Shown: positions 35,815 through 49,010 of the stretch, one piece after another
How positions within the stretch are numbered: the stretch's first letter is position 1
How the letters are laid out: each line of letters opens with the position of its first letter
Source of the DNA: Squalus acanthias
Taxonomy: Eukaryota
NCBI GenBank assembly: GCA_030390025.1
Contig: CM059431.1
Coordinates: 137,766,001 to 137,830,000, forward strand
DNA: 64,000 bases
Direction of reading: 5' to 3'
Program-made: the position numbers and the translations under genes
The notes under the pieces: generated by a model
Told to the model about the DNA's origin: nothing
What the model saw: the letters and a program-made list of their open reading frames with translations, nothing else
Databases searched by the model: none

Positions 35815-38720
35815 AGAAACCAGGAAATCATGGATCTTTTAGTTAACTTGTGTTATCGGGAAGTTATTGGAATCTATAATTAACGACAGAGTGAATGAGC
35901 ACTTAGTCAATATTGAGCTGACTAGAGAGAGCAAACATGGATTTCTAAATAGTAGGTCAGGTATAACGACCTGATTGATTTTTTTGAGGAAGTAACTAAA
36001 GTGGTTGAGAGGGTAATGTAGTTTATAAGGAATTCCAGAAGGCATTCGAGAAGGTTCCGCCAAAGACACTGTTCGCTCAAATTAATGTTCATGGAATTGA
36101 AGGTAAATTATTGTCCTGGTTGGGATAGTTGTTCGGCGGCAGAAGGGAGTAGGAATAATGAGTATGCACTCGAATTGCAAGGAAGTGACTCGTGGTGTTC
36201 CACAAGGATGTGTGCTGGGCCTTCAACTATTCACTTTATTTATTAATGACTTATATAACAATATCAAGACCCACATATGCAAGTTTGTCGATAAAACAAA
36301 GATGGGTGGCACAGTAAGTAATGTAATCGGAGCATAAAATTACGAAGAATTATTGATAGATTGAGGGAGGAGTTAAACTGTTGCAGATGGATTTCAATAA
36401 ACCTAAGTATGTGAGTATACATTTTGGACCAAAACAGGATAGATCTGAATATTTGTAAAATATAGGAACAGAGGAGGTCCTAAGAGATTTCGGTGTCCAT
36501 GTGCACAGATTACTAGAATGTAATAGTCATATACAAAATAATCAAAATGCTAATGGAATGCCAGCATTTGCAACTAGAGGGCTATAATATAAATGGTAAG
36601 ATGTTTTGTTAAAGCTATACAAAGCCCTGGTTAGACCACATCTGAAGAACAGCGCGGGGAACCGCGCCTTAGAAAGGCTATATTGACTGATGAAGGATTG
36701 CAGCGCAGATTCACCAGAATGTTACTGCGGCTCCAAGGGTTAGATTATAAAGAGAGATTACATAAACTAGGCTTCTATTCCATGAAGGTTGAAGTAACTT
36801 GAGGTTTTTAGGATTTTGGAAGTGATTGACAGGGTAGAGAGTAAAATTTTCCACTGTTGGGCGATTCTAGAATAGGGGACATAAACTTTCAATCAGAGCT
36901 GGACATTTTAAGAGAGAAGTTTCGAAATAATTTTTCAATAAAGGTTAGCGGAAGTGTGGAACTCTCTCCCACAAAATGCAGTACATGCTGGCGCAATTAA
37001 TGGTGCAGAATTTGTGGTAGGGATGACAGCCAAGTGGCAGGATTTGCCGTCAATCTGCCTTTGCAACTGACCGCAAATTCGTGAATTGGCGCATGCACAG
37101 GCGTATGTGTAAATCCTGAAGTTGTGGTCTGTCATTCACTGCTCTGACACAGCTTGCGCTGTACACCCACCCCCCATCCCACTCCCCACGGCTACTCCCT
37201 CCCTCCACTCCGCCATAGCCAGCAGTCAGTGTAATCACTCAAATCAGCGAAACTGACTAAATCTTCGGCTCGACCGGAGTAATTACTCTGTTGAAGTCCC
37301 CACTAAAATTTAGACGCAAATGGATTAGATGCAACTGGGGTTTTTGACACCGTATTGACTGCTAAACAAAGGTTACGGGCCTGAAAAACTAATTTTAATT
37401 TTGGCAGTGTGAAATTTATCCACTTTATAAAAAATATATTTTTAAAGAATATTTTGAAACCATGGCCCAAAAATTCGTGAGGAAGCCTTCGTGCGAGGGT
37501 AAGGCTTCCCCGCGATCTCTCACTGCGCGTTGGCTTTTTCAGTTCCAGCTCGCAGGAACTTGATGTTCTGGACAGCTGCTGTGCTGGGCTTCCGTATCCC
37601 ACAGGCGCAGTTAATTCGTGCGAACTGTGGGATCACGTGACTCAGTTAGAGCCAATGGCAGCACACCATCTTTCATTCATAACTTTCACATAAGTGCTGT
37701 GAAAGCTATGAATACTATAGCCCCCCAAAAGAACAGCTAAACCTCAATTAAATTTAAAAAAAAACCATCACATTAATAAAATAAGTATAGTTGAATAAAT
37801 TAACCATTTTAAATAAAAAATTAAATTTTTGAAAAAATTTAAAATCTTTTAAAAAGTTATAAAAATAAACTTACCTGTCTTTAAAGTCTCTAAAAAAGAT
37901 ATACCTGTTAAAAAAATTCAAAATAATACTTAATTCACTACTTACCTTGTTAAAAGTGGGTCTTACTCCTCCTTTCTTGATGTGTAAATCTTCCATACTT
38001 CCCTGCGCGTTGAAACCACTAAGTGCACTGCGTGCGCGCAGCCTGTAGCGCGCACGCGGTTCACCTAGGAACCGCCCCCTTTTCCATTCACCAAGTGCCG
38101 GTTTTCAGCGCATGCGCAGTGCATGCAGAAAACCGGCACTTGGAGACAGAATACGCGAGAGTACGCAGTGCGTACTCTCGCGTATCAAGACAAATTTTTG
38201 GGCCAATATGTTTTACAGTTTTTACATCTTCATTTCAGATTTTCCTTTTCCCAATGTGAAAAACCCCAATCTTTGTTTTACTCTCTCTAACATGTTTAAA
38301 AAGTTAGAATTTTAAGGGATTACTCACTTCCGTGTTCGCTGTCTGTGAGAATTCTGCGTTTGGATTGGCTGCTTTGACAGCCTGTTGACGTCAAAGCGGC
38401 TTGCACAAGGGATCCCCGCTATTCTCCACTGATTTGAATTAAATGTTGGAAAAACCGAACTTCTCCACCTAGAGATCACAAGATCGTTGTGTGAAGCTTA
38501 ATCCCGGGCCAGCGGTGAATGCCTTCACTTCGCCACTGATTGAAAATTCTGGGCCAATAATTTTCAATCTCAGATCGATATGTTTTTGATAGCCAAGGGT
38601 ATCCAAGTATATCGAGCGGAAGCGGGTAGATATGGTAAGGGTACCGATCAGCCATGCTGTAATTGAATGGTGGAGAAGGCTGAAGGGGCTGAATGGTCTA
38701 CTCCTGTTGCTATGGTTCGA
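35815..38720 (+). mobile_element. Old decayed CR1 RT/3' region interrupted by MITEs
   Basis: Decayed ggtgttccacaagg, aagtttgtcgataa, ttagaccacatctg; 3' UTR at 38650-38720. Confidence 0.7.
37002..38555. mobile_element. Harbinger-type MITE (TSD AAT) with a ~750 bp family MITE nested at 37464-38204
   Basis: Outer ends ggtgcagaattt / aaattctgggcc flanked by aat; inner TIRs ggcccaaaaatt / aatttttgggcc. Confidence 0.75.
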
Positions 38721-39639
38721 TGTTAAACAGCCACACCCTCCATCACTGGCGCACCATCTCCGCAGTGTGTACTAACTCCAGGAAGAACTGCAGCAACTCG
38801 CCAAGGCTTCTTGCACAGCACCTCCCAAACTCGCGGTCTTTACTGCCCAGTAGATGGACAGCAGACAGCATGGGAACACGCTCACGTCCAGGTTCCCCTT
38901 CAAGAACACAACATGCTGACTTGGACATATATCATCGTTCCTTCACCATTACTGGATCAAAGTCATGGGAATGCGTACTTAACAACACTGAGAGAGCACC
39001 TTCACCAGGGGTTCAAGAAGATAGCTCACAGCACCTTCTCAAGGGCAACTATGGATGGGCAATAATTGCTGGCCTTCCCAGCGACGGCCACATCTGAAGC
39101 ATTAATTTTAAAATCGTTTCAAATCTTCCTATTTATACCCATGTTATTTCATTACAATCGATGAGGTAGAAGTTCATTGTTTTATATTAGCAAGTCGTAG
39201 ATTTGGCATTTGAGCTGATCCTTGCATTGTCCAGATACTTGTGGAAGTGTTTCTTTCCCCAGAAAATAGAGGAGCTCTTGAACAGCCTACTCTATCCTGC
39301 GGTGGACGCCGATTCTCTGATTTCCCTCAAGAGAAACCTCGAACTGTTTCTGTCTGGGGCGGAGATCCCGGCTTACAAATGGTGCGTACTGCCGGGAATC
39401 CAGGACCAGAGGGTTCACCTGGACTAGTAAAATCGCCTAGATGGGTTGGAGAAGAATTTCCCGGAATTTTGTCCCCAAATTGGCCTGAGTTGCTATATGG
39501 GTTTTCGTCTCTCACAAGAACTCACATGCTTTTGAATAGGGTGGAGAGTGAACAACATTCAGACCTGGGCTGATAAACGCTGCCTTGATGACAAGGGCAT
39601 GAACTCCCACCTCATCTCTTGAATTCAGGTCTTTATTTC

Positions 39640-40470
39640 ATGTTTGGTCCAAGGCTGTAATGAGGTCTGGAGCCGAATGGACCTGGTGGATTCCAAACTG
39701 AGCATTGGTGAGTTGGTTATTGGTGCGTAAGTATTGCTTGATCGCAATGTCGACGACACCTTCCATCATTTTGCTAATGATTGAGTGTAGACTGATGGGG
39801 CGGTGATTGGCCGGATTAGATTTGTCCTGCTTTTTGTGGACAGGGCATACCTGGACAATTTTCCACTTTGTCGGGTATATGCTGGTGTAGCTGTACTGAA
39901 ACAGCTTGCTGGAGGCGTGGCTAGTTCTGGGCCACAAGTCTTCAGAACTACAGCCTGGTTGTTGTCGGTGCTCATAGACTTTTATTTATCCAGTGCGCTG
40001 AGCCCTTGCTTCATATCACGAGGAGTGAATCTAATTTGCTGAAAGCTGACATTTGTAATGCTGGGAACCTCAGGAGGAGGCCGAGATGGATCATCCGCAC
40101 GGCATTTCTGTCTGAAGATGGTTGCAAACCTTTCAGCCTTGTCTTTTGCAGTCACGTGCTGGGCTCTGCCACCATTGAGAATGGGGATGTTCAAAGAGCC
40201 TCCTACTCCGATTAGTTGTTTAATTGTCCACCACCATTCATGACTGGATGTGGCAGGACTGCAGAGCTTTGATCTGAAGCATTGGTTGTGGGGTCGCTTA
40301 GCTCATTCTGCAGCATGTTGCACCGCTATTTAGCATGCATGTAGTCCTGTGTTTTAACTTCACCAGGTTGAAATCACATTTTCAGGTACGTCTGGTGCTG
40401 CTCCTGGCCTGCTCTTCTACACTCTTCATTGAACCAGGAATGTTCCCCTGGTTTGATGGTAATGGCAGAG
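39640..40470 (-). mobile_element. Internal fragment of the same LINE family as 7193-9835
   Basis: VCPVHKKQDKSNPANHRPISL, TAKDKAERFATIF. Confidence 0.85.
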
Positions 40471-40801
40471 TGATTGATATGCCGATAGGATCGCAGAGGG
40501 ATCCTGGTTACAAATCATTCGAGGATGAACCGTACTGTGGACAGTAATTTATCTTTATGCAGCACAAACAAGACCTTATACATTACAGTATTCGAGCAGC
40601 AGTTTACAGTGGACACTTGAGACTTATATTACCCCGTATCCTATTTGTAGAAGCGCAACCGTGATGAAGCTGCACCCTGTCTCTCTGGTCTCTCTTCTCT
40701 TTTTGTCTCCCAGGTTTCTCTTGGAATATTCCTGAAATCTTCTAAAATTTGTGGCTGTTAAGATCCCCTTGATATACCCTTACTCTTATTCAAATCCTTT
40801 T

Positions 40802-40987
40802 TGGCTAGAAATTCGTCTCGGGCAGTGAAGAAAAAAAGGCGGTATCGGATCGGCCGCCCGTTATACGCAGCGCCCGATATTAAGATCCATTGACAGCAAT
40901 AGAACTGAATATCAGGCGCTGCGTATAACTGGCGGCCGATCCGATACCGCCCGTTTCTCGCCACCGTCCGAGACGAATTTCTAGGTC
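40802..40987. mobile_element. Near-fully palindromic MITE, ~185 bp
   Basis: ctagaaattcgtctcgg...ggcggtatcggatcggccgcc-gttatacgcagcgcc is mirrored by ggcgctgcgtataac-ggcggccgatccgataccgcc...ccgagacgaatttctag. Confidence 0.85.
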
Positions 40988-41269
40988 ATGGAGTTTTACT
41001 GAACAAATCTTTGGCTGACATCCAAACCCCCAAATCCAATCACAGAAATGCCACGTTCGCAGCAACTTGGCTTACGCAGGTTCTAATATTATGACACACA
41101 GCATCTGTTTTTGACCATCAAGAATCATATTTGGGGTAGTTATGGCAACACAAAGAAACATGTCTCCAGGGGGAAGAGATATGGCCTCCTTGCTGTTTCT
41201 GTGAAAGGTTTATGTTTTAATTTCACCGCAGACATCATAACATGCCATAAAAATGCTCATAAAAGGAGT

Positions 41270-44200
41270 ATGAGCAGCTAGGGGTCAAATAAAAAAAAAC
41301 AGAACCTCAAGGGTATTAATCTCTGGATTATTACCTGAGCCACGAGCGAATTTGGCTAGGACAAATAAAATTAGAGAGTTAAATGAGTGGCTCAAAGACT
41401 GGTGTGAGAGAAATGGGTTTTGCTTCCTGGGACACTGGCACCAGTACTGGGGCAGGAGGGAGATGTTCCGTTGGGACGGGCTTCACTTGGCCAGTGCTGG
41501 GACTAGAGTCCAGGGGGATCATATAACTAGGGCTGTAGAGAGGGCTTTAAACTAACTACTGGGGGTGAGGTTCCTAGAGAGCAAATAATAAAAATGACAA
41601 CAGAGAAGGTCATAGACTTAGGTAGCAGTGGGGAATTAAAAACCAGAGTCTGTCAGGAAGGGGCAGAAGGTATGGAGTAAAAGGTAAAGTAATAAAAAGT
41701 GCAAAAGCAGGAACTAAGTGTCACAAAACATATTTGACAGTTCTCTATCTGAATGCACGTAGCATTCGTAACAAAATAGACGAGTTAATGGCACAAATAA
41801 CTACATATGGGTATGATCTTGTGGCCATTACAGCAACATGGCTGCAGGGTGACAATGCCTGGGAATTAAATATACCAGGTTATTTAACGATCAGGAAGGA
41901 CAGGCAGGAAGGAAGGGGAGGTGGGGTGGCTATGTTAATAAAGGAAGGAATCACTGTAATACAGAGAAATGATATTGGGTCAAAAGATCAGGATAATGAA
42001 ACAGTTTGGGTGGAGATAAGGAATAATAAGGGGAAAAAAACACTAGTGGGCGTAGTCTATAGGCCTCCGAACAGTTGAAACTCTGTTGGACGGAGTATCA
42101 ATCAGGAAATAGTTGAGGCTTGTAATAAGGGAACATCTTTAATTATGGGGAATTTTAACTATCATATTAATTGGACAAATCAAATTGGGCAGGGCTGCCT
42201 TGAGGATGAGTTAATTGAGTGTATTAGGGATGGGTTTCTTGAGCAGTATGTAACTAAACCGACCAGGGGGCAAGCAACCTTAGATCTGTTCCTGTGTAAC
42301 GAGACAGGATTAATTAAAAATGTCCTAGTAAAGGATCCCCTTGGAATGAGTGACCATAACATGGTTTAATTCCATATTCAATTAGAGGGTGAGAAGGTTG
42401 GATCTCAAACAAGCGTGCTAAGCTTGAATAAAGGAGACTATGAAGGTATGCGAGCGGAATTGAGTGGAGTGGATTGGGAAAATAGATTAAAGGGTAAGAC
42501 GATACATGATCAGTGGTGTACATTTAAGGAGTTATTTTACAACTTCCAAAAAATATATATTCCACTGAGAAGAAAATGGTGTAAAAGAAAAGACAGTCAT
42601 CCATGGCTAAGTAAAGAAATTAAGGATAGTATTCGACTAAAAACAAGGACTTATAAGGTAGCCAAATCTAGTGGGAGGATAGAGGATTGGGAAAACTTTA
42701 TAAGACAGCAAAAAATAACAAAAAGATTGATTAAGAAAGGGAAGATAGATTATGAAAGTAAATTAGCAAACAATATAATAACAGATAGTAAGAGTTTTTA
42801 CAGTTATATAGAAACATAGAATCTAGGATCTAGGAGCAGGAGTAGGCCATTCGGCCCGTCGAGCCTGCTCCGCCATTCAATACGATCATGGCTGATCATT
42901 CAAATCCAGTACCCTGTCCCTGCTTTAATCCCCACAGTACACATATCCCACCCTACCCCCGTAACCCCACGTATTTAATTCCCCCTAACATATCCCATCC
43001 TATCCCCATAACCCCACATATTTAATCCCCCCTAACACTAAGGGTCAATTTATCATAGCCAAATCAACCTAAAAGTAAAAAGGGTGGCTAAAGTAAATGT
43101 TGGTCCCATAGAGGATGAGACCGGGAAATTAATGGTGGGAAATATGGAGATGGCAAATACACTGAATGAATATTTTGTATGAGTCTTTACAGTAGAGGAC
43201 ACTAAGAATATCCCAACACTGGACAAACAGGGGGCTAAAGGGGTGGAGGAGCTAAACACGATCAAAATCACTAAGGAAGTGGTACTCGGTAAAATAATGG
43301 GACTCAAGGCGGATAAATCACCTGGACCTGATGGCTTACATCCTAGGGTCTTGAGAGAAGTGGCGGTAGGGATTGTGGATGCATTGGTAATAATTTTCCA
43401 AAACTCCCTGGACTCAGCAAAGATCCCGGCAGACTGGAAAACTGCTAATGTAACACCCTTATTTAAAAAGGGCAGTAGACAAAAGGCTGGAAACTGTAAA
43501 CCAGTTAGCCTAACATCTGTGGTAGGTAAAATTTTGGAGTCCATTATTAAGGAGACAATAACGGGACATTTGGATAATCATAATTAAATAGGACAAAGTC
43601 AGCATGCATTTATGAAGGGGAAGTCATGTTTGACAAATTTGCTGGAGTTCTTTGAGGAAGTAACATACAGGGTGGATAAAGGGGAACCAGTGGATGTGGT
43701 GTATTTAGACTTCCAAAAGGCATTTGAGAAGGTGCCACACAAAAGATTATTGCTTTAGATAAAAAATCATGGGATTGGGGGTAATATTCTGGCATGGATA
43801 GAGGATTGGCTATCTAACAGACGGCAGAGAGTTGGGATAAATGGTTCATTCTCAGACTGGCAATCGGTAACTAGTGGTGTTCCGCCGGGGTCAGTGCTGG
43901 GTCCCCAACTCTTTACAATCTATATTAACGATTTGGAGGAGGGGACCGAGTGTAACATATCAAAGTTTGCAGATGATACTAAGATGGGAGGGAAAGTAGT
44001 GAATGAGGAGGACATAAAAAAATTGCAAGGGGACATACACAGGCTAAGTAAGTGGGCAGAGATTTGGCAGATGGAATACAATACAAGAAAGTGTGAGGTT
44101 ATGCACTTTGGCTAGAAAAATAGTAGAGCAAGTTATTATCTTAATGGCAAGAAACTGGAAAGTACTGAGGTACAAAGGGATCTGGGGGTCCTGGTGCACG

Positions 44201-45040
44201 AAAATCAAAAGGTTAGTATGCAGGTGCAGCAACTGATTAAGAAGGCCAATGGAATGTTGGCTTTCATTGCTAGGGGGATAGAATATAGAAATAGGGAGGT
44301 ATTGCTTCAGTTGTACAAGGTATTGGTGAGACTGCACCTGGAATACTGCATACAGTTTTGGTGTCCGTACTTAAGAAAAGACATACTTGCTCTCCAGTCA
44401 GTACAAAGAAGGTTCACTCGGTTAATCCCGGGGATGAGGGGATTGACATGTGAGGAGAGGTTGGGTAGATTGGAACTCTACTCATTGGAGTTCTGAAGAA
44501 TGAGAGGCGATCTTATTGAAACATATAAGATTGTGAAGGGGTTGGATCGGGTGGATGCGGGGAGGATGTTCCCGATGATGGGTGAAACTAGAACTAGGGG
44601 GCAGAGTCTTAGAATAAGGGGCTGCTCTTTAAAAACTGAGATGAGGAGGAACTACTTCACTCAGAGGGTGGTAGGTCCATGGAATATGCTGCCCCAAAAA
44701 GCTGTAGAAGCTACATCATTACATAAATTTTAAAAAGAAATAGACAGTTTCCTAGAAGTAAAGGGAATTAAGTGTTACGGGGAGCAGGCAGGAATTTGGA
44801 CATGAGTCTAGGTTCGGATCGGTCATGGCCCTATGGGTAGCGTAGCGGGCCCAGGGGCCGTGTAGCCTAATCCTGCTCCTGTTTTGTGTGTCCAATTCTG
44901 TTAGGTTCAGGAGATGGTTCTGTTATAGTAAATTGGCGGTTAGGATCAGATCAGCCATGATCTTATTGAATGGAGGAGCGGGCTCGAGGGGCCGATTGGC
45001 ATACTCCTGCTCCTATTTCTTATGTTCTTATGTTCTTATA
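41270..45040 (+). mobile_element. CR1 LINE: end of the ORF1 esterase plus a full-span degenerate ORF2 and 3' UTR
   Basis: WDGLHL (SGNH), YLNARSIRNK, GNFNY, SDHNMV, KFADD; tail tcttatgttcttatgttctta. Confidence 0.95.
42811..43070 (-). mobile_element. 5'-truncated HE1-related SINE inserted in the CR1
   Basis: The reverse complement matches 19365-19435 (partly duplicated), then a CR1 3' tail. The host rejoins as tatata|aaaagtaaaa. Confidence 0.7.
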
Positions 45041-45349
45041 TCCCAACACAGTGGCAGCTGAACCTTTACCTTGCTTCCCAGGCTAGCTGCTCTCTATGTC
45101 TCATCCTTACTGTGGCTAATATCCATCTTTCACCCACAGCCTCCCTATCCTCTTTCTCACCCAGGCTGTCAGGTTACAGCTAAATCACAGAGTTTTAATT
45201 ATAAGCAAAAGGATTACATATCATATATAATTCAGGTTAGCATTGCATAAAATTGATGATAACAGATGTCTACATTTAATTCTTACACACGATTATAAAA
45301 TCATTACAGATGATTTGGACTGGAGGAAGTTATACACTGGTGTATAACT

Positions 45350-48300
45350 TATGCAGCAGCAGCGGCTGCAGTGTGGACCTGGGAGGAGCGGCGAGGCGGC
45401 AGTGGTGGTATAAAGTAAGCCCGAGCCACAGGTAGGCCCCACAGCCGCAGCAGCAGCGGCGGCAGTGCGGACCTGGGAGGAACGGCGAGGCGTCAGCGGC
45501 TGCACCAACTCAGCACCGGCAGAATTTTCATAGAGTGATGTCAGAATTCAAAAGTGACGTCGGCACAAGGGTTGGGAGCTGATTGGTGAGTATCTGGTAA
45601 GTATTTATACTTGGCTTTCTCAAAGCTTTTAAGTTTATTCCAGCTAGGTTAGTAAATAGTCTGTAAATTAGAGGTATGGCAGGGCAGCTCACACCCGTGG
45701 AATGACCATCCTGTGCCATGTGGGAAGTCCTGGATACCTCCCGTGGTCTGGACGACCACATGTGCGGGAAGTGTCGCCAGCTACAGCAGCTCGAGCACCG
45801 GGTTACGGAGCATGAGCAGCGGCTGCAGTCACTGTTGTGCATCCGCGAGGCTGAGAGCTACGTGAGAGAGGTGGTCACCCCGCAGTTTAAGAGTGTGCAG
45901 GCAGAGAAGGAGTGGTTGACTGTCAGACAGAAGAGGAGGACCAGGTAGGTAGTGCAGGAGTCCCCTGAGCCCATTTTGCTCAACAACCAGTATTCGGAGC
46001 TGGTACTGGTGAGGGCTATGGTTTCTCTGGGGAGTGCAGCCAGAGCCAAGTCCACAGCACCAAGAAAGGCTCAGCTGCACGGGGGGAGTGAGGCGAAGAG
46101 GAGAGGGAGAGCAATAGTGAAAGGGATTCAATAGATAGGGGAGCAGACAGCCGTTTCTGCGGCCACAGACGTGATTCAAGGATGGTATGTTGCCTCCCTG
46201 GTTCCATGGTCAAGGATGTCACTTAACGGCTGCAGGGCATTCTGAGGGGGGAGGGTGATAGCCAGAGGTCGTGCTCCATATCGGTACCAACGACATAGGT
46301 AGGAAGAGGGTTGAGATTCTGCAGGCAAAGTTTAGGGAGCTGGATAGAGGTTAAAAAGCAGGACCTCAAATGTATTAATCTGCGGATTACTACCAGTGCC
46401 ACGTGCTAGTAAGTACAGAAAGAGGAATATAGAGCAGATGAATGCGTGGCTGGAGAGATGGTGTAGGAGGGAGTGCTTTAGATTCCTGAGGAATTGAAAC
46501 AGTTTCTGGGGGAGGTGGGATCTCTATAAGCCAGAAGGGATGCAGCTCAACGGGAACGGGACCGATATCCTCGCGGGAGGGTTTGCTAGTGCTGTTGGGG
46601 AGGGCTTAATCTAGCTTGGCAGGGGGATGGGAACATAAGAATAGAATCGGGAGGGAAGAAAAACTGGAATCGGAAAACAAAAACGTAGAAAGTAAATTGG
46701 AAGGACAGAGGAATCAAGGACTAGACAGTAGTCAACAAGGAGGTTTGCCTGTACTAAATGGTATATACTTCAATGCAAGGAGTATAGCGAACAAAGCAGA
46801 TGAGCTGAGGGCACAGGTAGATAATTGGGACTATGGTATTATAGCTATTACAGAGACGTGGCTGAAAGAGGGACAGGTATGGCAGCTCAATATTCCTGGT
46901 TGGAGGATTTTCAGACTTGATAGAGGGGGAGGTAAATAGGGATGGGCAGTAGCGCTATTGATTAAATAAACTATTACAGCTGTGAGAAGGGATGATATGT
47001 TGGCGGGATCATCAAACGAGGCCATATGGGTCGAATTGAAAAACAAAAAATGGGCCATCATACAGCTGGGAGTGTACTACAGATCCCCAAACAATGAGAG
47101 GGAGATAGGAGAACAAATATGTAGACACATTTCTGAGAAGTGCAAAAACTATAGGGCTGTAATAGTAGGGGATTTAAACTACCCCAGTATTAACTGGGAT
47201 AAAATTAGTGAGAAGGGTATAGAGGTTGTGGAATTCCTAAAATGCTTCCAGGAGAACTTTTTTAGCCAGTATGTAGCAAGCCCAACAAGGGAGGGGACGT
47301 GTCTGAACTTAGTTTTAGAGAATAAAGCTGGACAGTTAGAAGGTGTATCAATGCATTTTGGTGCTAGTGACCATATGTCAGTTAGATTTAAGGTAGTTAT
47401 GGAAAAGGACAAGGATAGACCAGCAATAAAAATTCCCAATTGGGGAAAAGCAAATTTTGCTAAGCTCAGAGGGGATTTAGCCATAGTGGACTGGAAACAG
47501 CTACATGAAGGTGAATCAGTGTCGGAGCAGTGGGAGGCATTCAAGGAGGAGATCAGATGGGTTCAGACCAAATATGTGCCCTTAAAGAAAAAAAGTGGGG
47601 CTAACAAATCTAGAGCCCCCTGGATGTCTAGGACATACAGGGTAGGATAAAGAAAAAAAGGGAGGCGTATGACAAATACCGAGTGCTAAATACTCCAGAA
47701 TCTTTAGAGGAGTACAGAAAGTGCAGGATACAATTAAAAACGATATTAGGAAAGCAAAGATAGAGCATGCACAATTCTTGGCAAGTAAAATCAAGGGGAA
47801 CCAAAAGATGTTTTATAAATATATTAACAGTAAGAGGATAACTAAAGAAAGGTTAGGGCCTATTAGAGATAATTAGGGTAATCTGTGTGTGGAGGCGGAA
47901 GACGTCGGTAGAGTTATTAATGAATACTTTTCGCCTGTTTTCACAAAGGAGAGGGGCGAAGCAGACATTGCTATTAGGGGGGAGGAGTGCGAAATAATAA
48001 ATGAAATAAACATATTGAGAGAGGAAGTATTAAGGGGTTTTGCAGCTTTAAAAATGGATAAATCCCCAGGCCCGGATGAAATGTATCCCAGGCTGTTAAG
48101 CGAATCAAAAGAGGAAATAGCAGAGGCCCTGACCATCATTTTCCAATCCTCTCTGGCTTCAGGTGTGATGCCGGAGGACTGCTAATGTGGTACCTTTGCT
48201 TAAAAAGGGAGAAAGGGATATCCCGAGTAATTACAGGCCAGTCAGCCTAATCACGGTGGTGGGAAAATTATTGGAAGAAATTCTGAAGGGAAGGATAAAT

Positions 48301-49010
48301 CTTCATTTAGAAAGACACGGATTAATCAAGGATAGTCATCACGGATTTGTTAAGGGAAGGTCGTGTCTGACAAATTTGATTGAAATTTTTGAGGAAGTAA
48401 CAAGGAGGGTAGATGAGGGTAGTGCGTTTGGTATAGTGTATATGGATTTTGCAAGGCTTTTGATAAGGTTCCACATGGCAGACTGGTCACGAAGTTAAAA
48501 GCCCATGGGATCCAGGGGGAAATGTCAAGTTGGATTCAAAACTGTCTCGGAGGCAGGAAGCAGAGGATAATGGTTGATGATTTTATTGTGACTGGAAGGC
48601 AGTTTCTAGTTGGTTTCCACAGGGCTCAGTACTAGGTCCCTTGCTTTTTGTGGTATATATCAATGATCTAGACTTGAATATAGGGGTATGATTAAGAAGT
48701 TTGCAGATGAAACTAAAATCGGCTATGTGGTTGATACTGAAGAAGGAAGCTGTAGACTGCAGGAAGATAACAATAAATTGGTCAGATGGGCTGAATAGTG
48801 GCAAATGGAATTCAATCCGGTGAAGTGTGAGGTTATGCATTTGGGGAGGGCTAACAAGGAAAGGGAATACACATTAAATGGTAGGACACTGAGTAATGTA
48901 GTGAAACAAAGGGAACTTGGAGTGCATGTCCACAGATCCCTGAAGGTAGCAGGCCATGTAGATAAGGTGGTTAAGAAGGCAAACGGTATGATTGCCTTTA
49001 TTCGCCGTGT
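45350..49010 (+). mobile_element. CR1 LINE with 5' UTR, ORF1 (Cys motif, zipper, SGNH esterase) and ORF2; 3' end cut at the duplication junction
   Basis: SCAMWEV...DHMCGKC, VCCLPG, HIGTNDIG, YFNARSIANK, NYRPVSL, KFADE; stops abruptly at about 49010. Confidence 0.92.
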
